From Gemmatimonadota bacterium (GTDB lineage: Bacteria > Gemmatimonadota > Gemmatimonadetes > JACCXV01 > JAHWKZ01): 64,000 nucleotides of DNA. The DNA lies in NCBI GenBank assembly GCA_046261835.1, contig JBHEOA010000176.1, positions 8,588 to 72,587 of the forward strand, read 5' to 3'. Of the stretch, positions 19,712 to 28,057 are shown in pieces. The notes below the pieces were generated by a model, which was given only the letters and a program-made list of their open reading frames with translations, ran no database searches and was not told where the DNA came from. How positions within the stretch are numbered: the stretch's first letter is position 1; every line of letters begins with the position of its first letter. Made by a program: the position numbers and the translations under genes.

Positions 19712-21227
19712 GCGACCGCTCGATCGTCATGACCAAAGGCTCCTGGAACGCGTGGCACCACCGGACTGGGCGAATCCGATTCCGGCGCGGCGCTACCACC
19801 TCGTCGTCGTCGGCGGCGGGACGGCGGGGCTCGTTGCAGCCGCGGGCGCCGCGGGACTGGGCGCGCGTGTGGCGCTCGTCGAACGCGATCGACTGGGGGG
19901 CGACTGCCTCAACACCGGCTGCGTGCCGTCAAAGGCTCTCCTGCGATCGGCCCGCGCCGAGCACGACGTCCGCTCGGCCGGCGCGTTCGGTATTCGCACG
20001 GTGGGGGAGCCGATCGTGGACTTCGGAGCCGTCATGGAGCGGATGCGGCGACTGAGGGCCGAGATCGCACTCCACGATGCGGCCGCCCGTTTTCGCACTC
20101 TCGGGGTCGACGTGTTCCTGGGCGAGGCTCGCTTCACGGGCCGCGACCGGATCGAGGTCCGAGCGAGCGGCGACGGGGCCCGGGCCGAGCTCCGCTTCTG
20201 GCGAGCGGTCGTCGCGACCGGGGCGCAGCCCGTGGTCCCGGCGGTGCCGGGACTCGACGAGGTGGATTTCCTGACCAGCGAGACGTTGTGGTCGCTGACC
20301 GAGCTGCCCGCCCGTATCGCCATCCTGGGCGCGGGACCGATCGGCTGTGAGCTCGCCCAGGCATTCGCGCATTTCGGTGCGCAGGTCGTTCTGGTCGAGC
20401 GCGAAGCGCGAATCCTGCCTCGTGACGATCCCGAGGCTGCAGCCCTCATCGCTGACGCACTCCAGCGGGATGGGATCGAGATCCTCCTCGCTTACGCCCT
20501 CGAACGCGTCGAGTCGAGCCCACCGACGGCGAGGCTCCGTCTCGTGGGTCCCGCGGGTCCCGAGGTCCGCGACGTCGACCGCATCGTGCTGGCGGTCGGA
20601 CGGGAACCGCGCCTCGCGGGACTGGGGCTCGAGCAGGCGGGAGTGGCGCAGGACGGAGGGAAGATCCGCGTCGACGCGGGATTGCGGACGACCAACCGCC
20701 GCGTGTACGCCGCCGGCGACGTCTGTGCCTCAGCGCGCTTCACGCATGTGGCGGACGCTCACGCGCGGGTTGTGGTTCGCAACGCCCTGTTTCCCGGCCG
20801 CGAGCGGGTCGATGTGGGCGCGGTCCCGTGGTGCGTCTTCACCGACCCGGAGCTCGCCCACGTCGGTCACACGGCCGACTCGGCCACGCGCGCAGGAATT
20901 CGAGTCACGACATACACCGAGCCTCTCTCGCTGGTCGATCGGGCGCTACTGGACGGTGAGGATGCGGGTTTTGCGCGGATTCACGTGCGGAAGGGGAGCG
21001 ACGAGATCGTCGGGGCCACGCTGGTGGCGCGTCACGCGGGGGAGACGATCACGGAGATCGCGGTGGCGATCACGGCGGGAATGGGACTCGAGCGGCTCAC
21101 AGGGGTAATCCACCCCTACCCGACTCAGGCCGAGGCCTTTCGAAAGATCGCCGATCAGTTTCGGCGCTCGCGCCTGACGCCCAACGTTCAGCGCCTCCTC
21201 GAGCACTGGTTCTCCCTTCGGGGGTGA
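19704..21227 (+). CDS. class I pyridine nucleotide-disulfide oxidoreductase (dihydrolipoyl dehydrogenase/mercuric reductase-like, no NmerA domain)
   Basis: GGGTAG FAD motif. Redox-active disulfide GGDCLNTGCVPSK. C-terminal dimerisation domain with HPYPTQAE. Overlaps DedA by 8 nt. Confidence 0.85.
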   Translation: MTERPLDRHDQRLLERVAPPDWANPIPARRYHLVVVGGGTAGLVAAAGAAGLGARVALVERDRLGGDCLNTGCVPSKALLRSARAEHDVRSAGAFGIRTVGEPIVDFGAVMERMRRLRAEIALHDAAARFRTLGVDVFLGEARFTGRDRIEVRASGDGARAELRFWRAVVATGAQPVVPAVPGLDEVDFLTSETLWSLTELPARIAILGAGPIGCELAQAFAHFGAQVVLVEREARILPRDDPEAAALIADALQRDGIEILLAYALERVESSPPTARLRLVGPAGPEVRDVDRIVLAVGREPRLAGLGLEQAGVAQDGGKIRVDAGLRTTNRRVYAAGDVCASARFTHVADAHARVVVRNALFPGRERVDVGAVPWCVFTDPELAHVGHTADSATRAGIRVTTYTEPLSLVDRALLDGEDAGFARIHVRKGSDEIVGATLVARHAGETITEIAVAITAGMGLERLTGVIHPYPTQAEAFRKIADQFRRSRLTPNVQRLLEHWFSLRG

Positions 21228-21596
21228 CTACCCCACGCCCTCGACGTACCCCTCGTCGGGATCCTCGCCCCGCCTCAGAGCGCTCTCGATCTTCGGCTGA
21301 AGCTCGCCGGTCTCCAGCATCTCGCGGGTGATGTCGCAGCCACCCAGGAACTCACCGTCCACGTAGACCTGCGGGATCGTCGGCCAGTCGCTGTACTCCT
21401 TGACCGACTCCCATAGCTCAGGGTCCTCCAACACGTCAACGGCATAGAGCTTTCCCTCTGCCCCCGCGCGGCGCAGCGCCTCGACGGTCGCGGCTGAGAA
21501 GCCGCAGCGCGGGAACATCTCGTTTCCCTTCATGAAGATCACCACCGGGTGATCGCGCACGATGTGGTCGAGTCTCTCCTTCATGTCCGAGGTCAT
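21228..21596 (-). CDS. grxD: monothiol glutaredoxin Grx4-type (CGFS)
   Basis: CGFS active site, WPTIPQ and GGCD motifs. ATG at 21596 is preceded by GGAGGG. It forms an ATGA overlap with the bolA stop. Confidence 0.85.
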   Translation of the reverse strand: MTSDMKERLDHIVRDHPVVIFMKGNEMFPRCGFSAATVEALRRAGAEGKLYAVDVLEDPELWESVKEYSDWPTIPQVYVDGEFLGGCDITREMLETGELQPKIESALRRGEDPDEGYVEGVG

Positions 21597-21862
21597 GGGG
21601 TTCCCTCCGTTGGATGTGATACGTGCTGTCCGGGGGTCCACGCCCGGATCGAGAGGGCGTGGATCGTTTCGTCCTGGATCCACACGCGCAGCGGCGCATA
21701 GACCAGCTTATGCCGCTCGATGCGTGACTTCCCCTCGAAAGCGGCCGAAACGACGCGGGCCTCTAGATGATCGTCGGAGCCCGTCAGATCGACGACCTCG
21801 ACGTCCGCATCGGGGAAAGCGCCACGCAATCGCTCGGCCACGCGCTCACGGGTCGTCGACAT
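21593..21862 (-). CDS. bolA: BolA-family protein
   Basis: MSTTRERVAERLRGAFPDADVEVVDLTGSDDHLEARVVSAAFEGKSRIERHKLVY is a clear BolA fold. Alternative upstream start at 21907. Confidence 0.8.
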   Translation of the reverse strand: MSTTRERVAERLRGAFPDADVEVVDLTGSDDHLEARVVSAAFEGKSRIERHKLVYAPLRVWIQDETIHALSIRAWTPGQHVSHPTEGTP

Positions 21863-21913
21863 ACGGCGACCAAGGATAGCCGCACGAAGGCTCGGGATCG
21901 AGGGCAAAACTCG

Positions 21914-21942
21914 TTGACCGGTCGCAGGTTATGGACTATCTT
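21914..21942 (+). promoter_or_regulatory. sigma70-like promoter for the rpsF operon (TTGACC-17-TATCTT)
   Basis: Near-consensus -35 and -10 hexamers with a 17-nt spacer, about 70 nt upstream of the rpsF GTG. Confidence 0.35.
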
Positions 21943-21964
21943 CAATCACTTCCCATCATCCCTG

Positions 21965-21985
21965 TCCGCCCCGCGCGGGGGCGGA
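21965..21985 (+). ncRNA. rpsF 5'-leader hairpin (TCCGCCCC-GCGCG-GGGGCGGA), candidate S6:S18 autoregulatory leader
   Basis: Perfect 8-bp GC stem in the 5' UTR, 27 nt upstream of the start. rpsF leaders bound by S6:S18 have been described in several bacterial phyla. Confidence 0.3.
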
Positions 21986-22011
21986 CCGACCCAGACCGAA
22001 GGGAGCACCGC

Positions 22012-22374
22012 GTGAGCAGACCCTACGAGAGCGTCCTCATCTTCGACTCCTCGATGGACGAGAGCCAGATCGAGGAGAAGGTCGAACGTTTCAAGCGCAT
22101 CCTGTCCGGCGACCGTCAGAACGCAGTCCAGAGCGTTCCATGGGGTAAGCGCAAGCTCGCCTATCCGATCGGCAAGCGGGAGCAGGGGATCTACGTGATC
22201 CTCCGGTTCGAGACCGATCCGGCCGCGCTCCAGGAGTTCGAGCGCGTGGCGCGACTGGATGAGCAGATCCTGCGTCACCTGACGATCGTCAACCCACCGG
22301 AGTCGGCTCTGGTGGGAGCGGGGGCTGCTGCGGCGTCGCCCCGCGAAAGCCGCGCCGCAAGGGAGGAGGAGTAG
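22012..22374 (+). CDS. rpsF: 30S ribosomal protein S6
   Basis: GTG at 22012 preceded by GAAGGGAG. Conserved S6 sequence (...[21 protein letters not shown]...) with an acidic C-terminal tail. Confidence 0.9.
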   Translation: MSRPYESVLIFDSSMDESQIEEKVERFKRILSGDRQNAVQSVPWGKRKLAYPIGKREQGIYVILRFETDPAALQEFERVARLDEQILRHLTIVNPPESALVGAGAAAASPRESRAAREEE

Positions 22375-22376
22375 TC

Positions 22377-22592
22377 ATGCCTCGCAAGAAGACCTGTCAC
22401 TTCTGCGAAAGCAAGGTCTCGATCGACTACAAAGACGAAATGCTCCTTCGCCGATTCACCAACGATCGTGGCAAGATCTTGCCGCGGCGGGTCAGCGGAA
22501 CTTGCGCCAAGCACCAACGGGAGCTGGCGGTGTCGATCAAGCGGGGGAGGTTTTTAGCCCTGATCCCTTACGTCCCCGACCACGCCGGGTAG
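22377..22592 (+). CDS. rpsR: 30S ribosomal protein S18
   Basis: [13 protein letters not shown]...DYKD...LRRF is the canonical S18 sequence. Confidence 0.9.
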   Translation: MPRKKTCHFCESKVSIDYKDEMLLRRFTNDRGKILPRRVSGTCAKHQRELAVSIKRGRFLALIPYVPDHAG

Positions 22593-22594
22593 GT

Positions 22595-22713
22595 GGGCCG
22601 CTGAAATTGACGAATCTCTGCGTTGCGTTTCGTCGGCCTCCCTGCGGCGTAGGATTTCCTACGCCTCGGGAAGCCTCCTCGCGCGCCTTGACCTTCGTCA
22701 ATTTGAGCGGCCC
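22595..22713 (+). repeat. structured intercistronic repeat element, copy A (about 119 nt, closed by an 18-bp stem)
   Basis: 5' arm GGGCCGCTGAAATTGACG pairs with 3' arm CGTCAATTTGAGCGGCCC. The interior carries conserved ATCTCTGCGTTGCG...CGTCGG, a hairpin GCGTAGGA-TTT-CCTACGC, and CGCGCGCCTTGACCT. Two further copies are at 39409 and 43468. Confidence 0.6.
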
Positions 22714-22788
22714 ACCGCGGTACTGGGGCCATCCCTTCGCGTGGTTGGGGACATGATCGCACCGTCGCGGTCGCGGGGAGGTGAGTTC

Positions 22789-23862
22789 ATGAGCGCGGCG
22801 AGCGAGTCGCGGGCGACAGAGCCGCTGCCACCGGCGCCGCCGCCTGAGACACCGACTCCCGCCACACCGCGGGGGGAGCGACCGTCGCGGAGCGAAAAGC
22901 CGGCGCGCGCGCAGAGCGAGCGGATTGGGCTCGCGGAATGGACCGTCGGGCTGGCACTGCTCGTGGGGAGCCTTCCGGGCCCCTGGCTCACGCTCGGCTT
23001 TCCCGCCGCGCTCGCATTCGTGCTGCACGACCGTCGCGTCGGGCTCCGCGCGCTGGCGCTCGTCGCGCTCGCCGCCTTCGCTCTGCTCTCTCTGGCGGGA
23101 CCGGGCGGACCGACGCTCCTCGCGGTGGGCGTGGGAGGGATCGGCGCGGCCCTGGCGTGGACGGCGTCGGGACGATCGGGTGCCATGGATACGCTGGCGG
23201 CGCCGGTGCTCGCGGGAAGCGCCACGGGCTGGGGTGCCGCCCGGCTCGCTGCACCCGGGGCGATGGCCGCTTGGGAATCGGTGCTGGGCCGCGGTGTGGC
23301 CGAAGGCGGTCAAGCAGCCCTCGATCAGTACCGTTCGCTCGGCATGGACGCCCAGGCCCTCGCCGCGCTCGAGAGCGCGCTCGGGGCGCTCGCGGTCTGG
23401 ATGGTACGCCTCTGGCCCGCGCTTGCGGCGCTCGCCGTGTGGCTGGGCGCCTGGCTTGCGGGGCGGCTCCTCGCTCGGTGGGGTCGGATCACGCCCGACC
23501 TCGCCCGCCGGCTGGCCAAGCGTCCGTTCTCGACGTTCGCGGTCGGCGAGCCGTTCGCGTGGCTCCTGATCGCTGCGCTGGCAGGGCTCTGGGCCTCGGA
23601 GCGAGCGATCGAGCGCCTGGCGGCGAACGCCGCGCTGGTCGCGATCGTGCTGTTCGCCCTCGACGGCATGGCGGTCGCCTGGTGGTGGCTGGAGCGCAGG
23701 CGGGTCTCGATCGGTCTGCGCCTGGTAGCGGTCGTACTCGCTCTGGGCTTCGCGCTGCCTCTGGCGGCAGCGGCTATGGTGGCGATCGGGCTCGCCGATC
23801 ACTGGATCCAGTTCCGCGACCGGCCGCGTCACGCGCATGCGACCGGTCGTGGCGATCGATGA
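22789..23862 (+). CDS. polytopic membrane protein, DUF2232 (YybS)-like by position between rpsR and rplI
   Basis: ATG at 22789 is preceded by GGAGGTGA. The protein has many hydrophobic helices. It sits in the same genomic position as Bacillus yybS. The antisense ORF 22537-23895 is Arg/Glu-rich junk. Confidence 0.55.
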   Translation: MSAASESRATEPLPPAPPPETPTPATPRGERPSRSEKPARAQSERIGLAEWTVGLALLVGSLPGPWLTLGFPAALAFVLHDRRVGLRALALVALAAFALLSLAGPGGPTLLAVGVGGIGAALAWTASGRSGAMDTLAAPVLAGSATGWGAARLAAPGAMAAWESVLGRGVAEGGQAALDQYRSLGMDAQALAALESALGALAVWMVRLWPALAALAVWLGAWLAGRLLARWGRITPDLARRLAKRPFSTFAVGEPFAWLLIAALAGLWASERAIERLAANAALVAIVLFALDGMAVAWWWLERRRVSIGLRLVAVVLALGFALPLAAAAMVAIGLADHWIQFRDRPRHAHATGRGDR

Positions 23863-23884
23863 ATCTTCAGGAGGAAGAATCGCA

Positions 23885-24346
23885 ATGACACGCAACAGCG
23901 AGGTGATCCTGCGCGCCGAGGTCGAGAACCTCGGCCATGCCGGCGACGTGGTCGAAGTCGCGCCGGGCTATGCCCGCAATTACCTGTTCCCGCGAGGACT
24001 GGCATACCCCGCCTCTGCGGCCAACGTCCACCGCGTCGAGCAGGAGAAGAGAAAGTACACCGAGAAGCTGGCGCAGGAGAAGGTCGTCGCCGAGCGGCTC
24101 GCGGAGTCGATGGCCGGCATCACGCTCGAGTTCCAGGAGCTGGCGGGCGAAGAGGATCAGCTGTACGGATCCGTCTCGTCGGCCGACATCGCCGAAGGAC
24201 TGGAGGCGAAGGGCTTCCGGATCCAGCGCACCCAGATCAAGCTCGACCCGCCGATCAAGCGACTCGGCGAATACGATGTGCTGATCCGCCTACACCCGGA
24301 GGTCACGGTCCAGGTCCACATCGTGGTGACGCGGGGAACGGTTTGA
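23885..24346 (+). CDS. rplI: 50S ribosomal protein L9
   Basis: ATG preceded by AGGAGGA. N-terminus MTRNSEVILRAEVENLGHAGDVVEVAPGYARNYLFPRGLA is the canonical L9 sequence. Confidence 0.9.
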   Translation: MTRNSEVILRAEVENLGHAGDVVEVAPGYARNYLFPRGLAYPASAANVHRVEQEKRKYTEKLAQEKVVAERLAESMAGITLEFQELAGEEDQLYGSVSSADIAEGLEAKGFRIQRTQIKLDPPIKRLGEYDVLIRLHPEVTVQVHIVVTRGTV

Positions 24347-24753
24347 CACGTCCGGAGCGCGCGCGGTCGACCGCGCGTTCCGGGATCGCGGCGGAAGCTT
24401 CTCGTGAGCTAGCCGTGCTCGCCGGTCGCGAGGCCATCGATCACAAGGGACGCGAGGTCATGCTGCTCGATCTTCGAGACCTGACCTCGGCCACCGACTG
24501 GTTCGTGCTGGCGAGCGGAGAGAGCGACGTCCAGGTGCGAGCCATCGCCGAAAGGATCGAGGAGCGCCTGCGACGCGATCGCGAGGTCCGGCCGTGGCAC
24601 GTCGAGGGACTCCAGCACGGGCGCTGGGTGCTCCTGGATTACGTCGATTTCGTGGTTCACGTCTTCCATCGCGAAGCGCGCCACTACTACCAGCTAGAAC
24701 GCCTGTGGGCGGACGCACCGAGCGAATCGATCGGCGAGGTCCGACAGTCCTAG
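24343..24753 (+). CDS. rsfS: ribosomal silencing factor RsfS (Iojap/DUF143)
   Basis: TTG start overlaps the rplI stop. DWFVLASGESDVQVRAIAERIE...VEGLQHGRWVLLDYVDFVVHVF is typical of RsfS. Confidence 0.8.
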   Translation: MTRPERARSTARSGIAAEASRELAVLAGREAIDHKGREVMLLDLRDLTSATDWFVLASGESDVQVRAIAERIEERLRRDREVRPWHVEGLQHGRWVLLDYVDFVVHVFHREARHYYQLERLWADAPSESIGEVRQS

Positions 24754-24871
24754 CCCCCTCCTCGCCGGGGGGATTGGCGCCTCCCTCCCGCGGCACTACA
24801 CTGGATCCCTGAGAAGGAAAGGACCGACCACGCGGCGCCCTGCATCCCTCCCCGTCCGCCCGGCGATCGCC

Positions 24872-27800
24872 GTGGTGGCGTTTCTTTTGCTGCTGCCGAG
24901 CCCGGCGTCACCCCAGTTCGGCAAGAACAAAGTCCAGTACCAAGCGTTCGACTTCCGCGTTCTCGAAACCGACCACTTCCACATCTACTACTATCCCGAA
25001 GAGGAAGCGGCGGTCATGGACGCCGCGCGGATGGCCGAGCGCGGGTACGCCCGGCTCGCCAAGGTCTTCCGCCATCAGTGGGACGAGAAGAAGCCGCTGA
25101 TCCTCTACGCGTCGCAGTCCGATTTCCAGCAGACCAACATCTTCAGGTTCCAGCTCGACGAAGGGATTCAGGGCGTCACCGAGGGGCTGCGGAACCGCAT
25201 CGTCCTGTTCTTCCCGAGCGCCTATCCCGACTTCGATCATACCCTCACCCACGAGCTGGTCCACGCGTTCCAGTACGACATCATGCGGCGGGGGGCGCTG
25301 TCGCAGGGGAATCACCCCTTCGCCTTCCGGCCGCCGCTCTGGTTCCTGGAGGGGATGGCCGAATACCTCTCCACCGGGGAGATCGACGCCCAGACCGCGA
25401 TGTGGCTGCGAGACGCCTCGCTGTCGGGGTACCTCACCTCGCTCGATGAGCTCTCGAGCGTCGGCGACATCCGCGTTTATCGCTTCGGCCAGGGGATCTG
25501 GTACTACGTCGGCACCAAGTACGGCGACGAGAAGATCGGGGAGATCATGCAGAAGGCTCCGCTCGTCGGTGTGGACGAAGCCTTCAAGGACGTGATCGGG
25601 TTGACGCTTGAGGAGCTGTCGGACGACTGGCTCGAGGCGGTCCGCCTCACGTATTTCCCCCAGGCGCTCGCCTTCCAGCCTGCACAGAGTGTCGCGGAGC
25701 GACTCACATCTCACGTCCGCGAGCGAACCTCCATCAACATCGCGCCCGCGGTCTCGCCCGACGGCAGACGCGTAGCTTTCCTCTCCGATCGCGACTACTT
25801 CAACGATCTCTACGTCGCCGACCTCGACGACCCGTCGAACCCCGACAAGCTCGTCAAGGGCGAGCGAACCGCGTCCTTCGAAAGCCTGCGGTTCCTGCGC
25901 GCCGGCGTGGCCTTCTCGCCGGACGGCGAGTACCTCGCCTTCTCGAGCAAAGCGGGTGAACAGGACGCCCTCTACATCATGCACGTGGACGACGAGGAGA
26001 TCGTGGCCGTCCATCGCTTCGGCCTGGAGGGGATCGAAACTCCCTCCTGGTCCCCCGACGGGGAGCGACTCGTCTTCACCGGGCTAGAGGGAGGAACGAG
26101 CGACCTCTTCGTCGTCGGCCGCGAAGGAACCGACCTTCGGCGGCTGACCCACGACCGCTTCGGTCAGCGCGACCCGACGTGGTCGCCGGACGGGGGCCGA
26201 ATCGCTTTCACGACCGAGTTCGGACCGGGGACGGATTTCGAACTGCTGGCGTATGACGATTACAAGATCGGTATTCTCGACCTCGCGTCGGGCGGAATCA
26301 CCTATGTCCCGGATCAGGCCGGCCGCAACATCAATCCTCAGTGGGGGCCGGAGGGTCGAACGCTGGCCTACGTGTCGGACCGGACCGGGATCGCCAACAT
26401 CTTCCTCTATGATTTCGATCGCGGGACCCACCATCAGCTGACCGATCTCCTCACCGGGGTCAGCGGAGTGACCGAGACGAGCCCGGCGCTTTCCTGGTCG
26501 CGCGACGGTCGCACGATGGTCTTCAGCGCCTTCGCTGACGCGGGCTGGGACCTCTACCGGCTCGACGATCCGCTCGCGCTCGTCCGCGAGCCGTACGTGT
26601 CGCGGGCCGAGTCGGAGTTCGACCTCGCGGCGAGCGTGTTCGTGCCGGAGGACGAGGAGCGGCCCGCCGACGTGACATCGTCACCGGGCGGCGCCGGACC
26701 CGGCGCGGCGAACGGCGACAAGCCGGCCGGGTCGCAGACGACCGAGGTCAGCACGGTCGGCCGGCGTCCCGATCCCTTTGGGATTCCCCTGGACGAGCGC
26801 CGACCGCGCCGGGCGGAGCGGCCGCCCATGCGCATCCCCTCATTCGAGGATCCGGTGGACGTGCCGACGCTCCTCGAGGATCCGACCCTCGGGTTGCCGC
26901 GCGATACCAGCACCTACGAGATCCGACCCTACGAGATCGAGTTCCAGCCCGACATCATCGCCCAACCGGAGGTCGGCTTCGTCACCGGTCTGGGCGCGTT
27001 CGGTGCTTCGCAGCTGGCTTTCAGTGATCTGCTCGGGGATCACAACCTGTACGTTGCGGCTTCGGTCTACGGATCGGTGACCGACAGCGATCTGTTCTTC
27101 ACCTACGCGAATCTCAGGCGACGCCTCAACTGGGGTGCGAGCGCGTTCCAGTTCCGGAGCGACTTCGCCCCGCTGGCGGTGAGCTCGGTCGACGATGTCA
27201 CTCTGCTCTACCGAAGCGACGTCTATCGCGGCGGACAGCTGTTCGGCGCGTATCCCTTGAGCCGCTTCCGACGCGTCGAGTTCGGCGCGGTCGCGGCCTA
27301 TGTCGACCGCCGAATCGCAAAATTCGAGGTGTTCGCCGCCGCGCCGGAGATCGAGGAAGACCTCCCCGACCAGGGGTTCGCCGCGCCTTCCGCGGCTTAC
27401 GTGTACGACACGGCGTACTACGGTTCTACCGGTCCGGTGGGGGGGAGCCGTCAGCGCCTCGAAGTCCAGCGTGCGTTCGGCGACCAGGCGTTCACACAGC
27501 TCTACGGCGACGTGAGAAGCTACTGGCTGCTCCGCCGCGACTTGACGCTGGCGAGCCGTCTCCTGTTCCTCGGGGTATACGGTCAGCACGCGGAGAACCT
27601 GCGGTTTCAGTCGATCGGCGGTCCGACGCTGCTTCGCGGCTACGAGTTCCGCGATCCTAAGCTGCGGGGTACGGAGGTCGGCCTCCTCAACGTCGAGCTC
27701 CGCTTCCCGATCGCCGACCGTCCCCACATTGCCGGCGCGCTCTTCCCGCCGCTGCGCGGAGCATTGTGGTTCGACCTCGGGTACGCGCGTTGTTCGGGCA

Positions 27801-28057
27801 ATTGCGCCGAGGCGAGGGACGAGAGCGGCTTGGACCAGGACGGCGTAACGTTGCCCGACGGCGAGTTCAGCTTTTCGACGGGCGACTCCAACGCGCCGTT
27901 CGGCCTTCGACTGGTGGACGCCCGTGCGTCTTTTGGTGTCGGCGTGCGGATGAACCTCTTCGGGTTCGCCGTCATGCGATTCGACTACGCTGTGCCGACG
28001 GATCTGGCGTCGCTGGGCAATGGCAAGGTCCTCTTCACCCTGGCTCCCGAGTTCTGA
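24872..28057 (+). CDS. large outer-membrane protein: HExxH domain, PD40 beta-propeller repeats, Omp85-like C-terminal barrel (paralog B)
   Basis: GTG start followed by a hydrophobic leader. HELVH motif followed by downstream EGMAEY. Repeated SPDG...(AF) PD40 motifs. The C-terminus (...RFDYAVP...FTLAPEF) ends in Phe. Same architecture as the 9025-12072 protein. Confidence 0.75.
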   Translation: MVAFLLLLPSPASPQFGKNKVQYQAFDFRVLETDHFHIYYYPEEEAAVMDAARMAERGYARLAKVFRHQWDEKKPLILYASQSDFQQTNIFRFQLDEGIQGVTEGLRNRIVLFFPSAYPDFDHTLTHELVHAFQYDIMRRGALSQGNHPFAFRPPLWFLEGMAEYLSTGEIDAQTAMWLRDASLSGYLTSLDELSSVGDIRVYRFGQGIWYYVGTKYGDEKIGEIMQKAPLVGVDEAFKDVIGLTLEELSDDWLEAVRLTYFPQALAFQPAQSVAERLTSHVRERTSINIAPAVSPDGRRVAFLSDRDYFNDLYVADLDDPSNPDKLVKGERTASFESLRFLRAGVAFSPDGEYLAFSSKAGEQDALYIMHVDDEEIVAVHRFGLEGIETPSWSPDGERLVFTGLEGGTSDLFVVGREGTDLRRLTHDRFGQRDPTWSPDGGRIAFTTEFGPGTDFELLAYDDYKIGILDLASGGITYVPDQAGRNINPQWGPEGRTLAYVSDRTGIANIFLYDFDRGTHHQLTDLLTGVSGVTETSPALSWSRDGRTMVFSAFADAGWDLYRLDDPLALVREPYVSRAESEFDLAASVFVPEDEERPADVTSSPGGAGPGAANGDKPAGSQTTEVSTVGRRPDPFGIPLDERRPRRAERPPMRIPSFEDPVDVPTLLEDPTLGLPRDTSTYEIRPYEIEFQPDIIAQPEVGFVTGLGAFGASQLAFSDLLGDHNLYVAASVYGSVTDSDLFFTYANLRRRLNWGASAFQFRSDFAPLAVSSVDDVTLLYRSDVYRGGQLFGAYPLSRFRRVEFGAVAAYVDRRIAKFEVFAAAPEIEEDLPDQGFAAPSAAYVYDTAYYGSTGPVGGSRQRLEVQRAFGDQAFTQLYGDVRSYWLLRRDLTLASRLLFLGVYGQHAENLRFQSIGGPTLLRGYEFRDPKLRGTEVGLLNVELRFPIADRPHIAGALFPPLRGALWFDLGYARCSGNCAEARDESGLDQDGVTLPDGEFSFSTGDSNAPFGLRLVDARASFGVGVRMNLFGFAVMRFDYAVPTDLASLGNGKVLFTLAPEF

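Noticed and set aside
21931-22011. ATG at 21931 as the rpsF start (ORF track)
   Set aside because: The extension ([28 protein letters not shown]) is not part of S6 and overlaps the predicted promoter and leader hairpin. GTG at 22012, with GAAGGGAG upstream, matches the S6 N-terminus.
22595-22713. Interpreting the A/B/C repeats as MITEs or a transposon-derived element
   Set aside because: The terminal complementary arms differ between copies while remaining base-paired (compensatory changes). MITE TIRs would be near-identical across copies. No target-site duplications or transposase genes are evident.
22537-23895. 452-aa minus-strand ORF antisense to the DUF2232-like membrane protein gene
   Set aside because: Arg/Glu/Pro-rich low-complexity translation with no domain. 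The plus-strand ORF is hydrophobic, has a Shine-Dalgarno sequence and an ATG, and is co-oriented with the ribosomal operon.
24754-24871. GC hairpin CCCCC-TCCTCGCC-GGGGG after rsfS as an intrinsic terminator
   Set aside because: Short stem and no downstream T-tract, so the call is too weak. High-GC genomes often terminate without canonical U-tracts, which leaves it unresolved.
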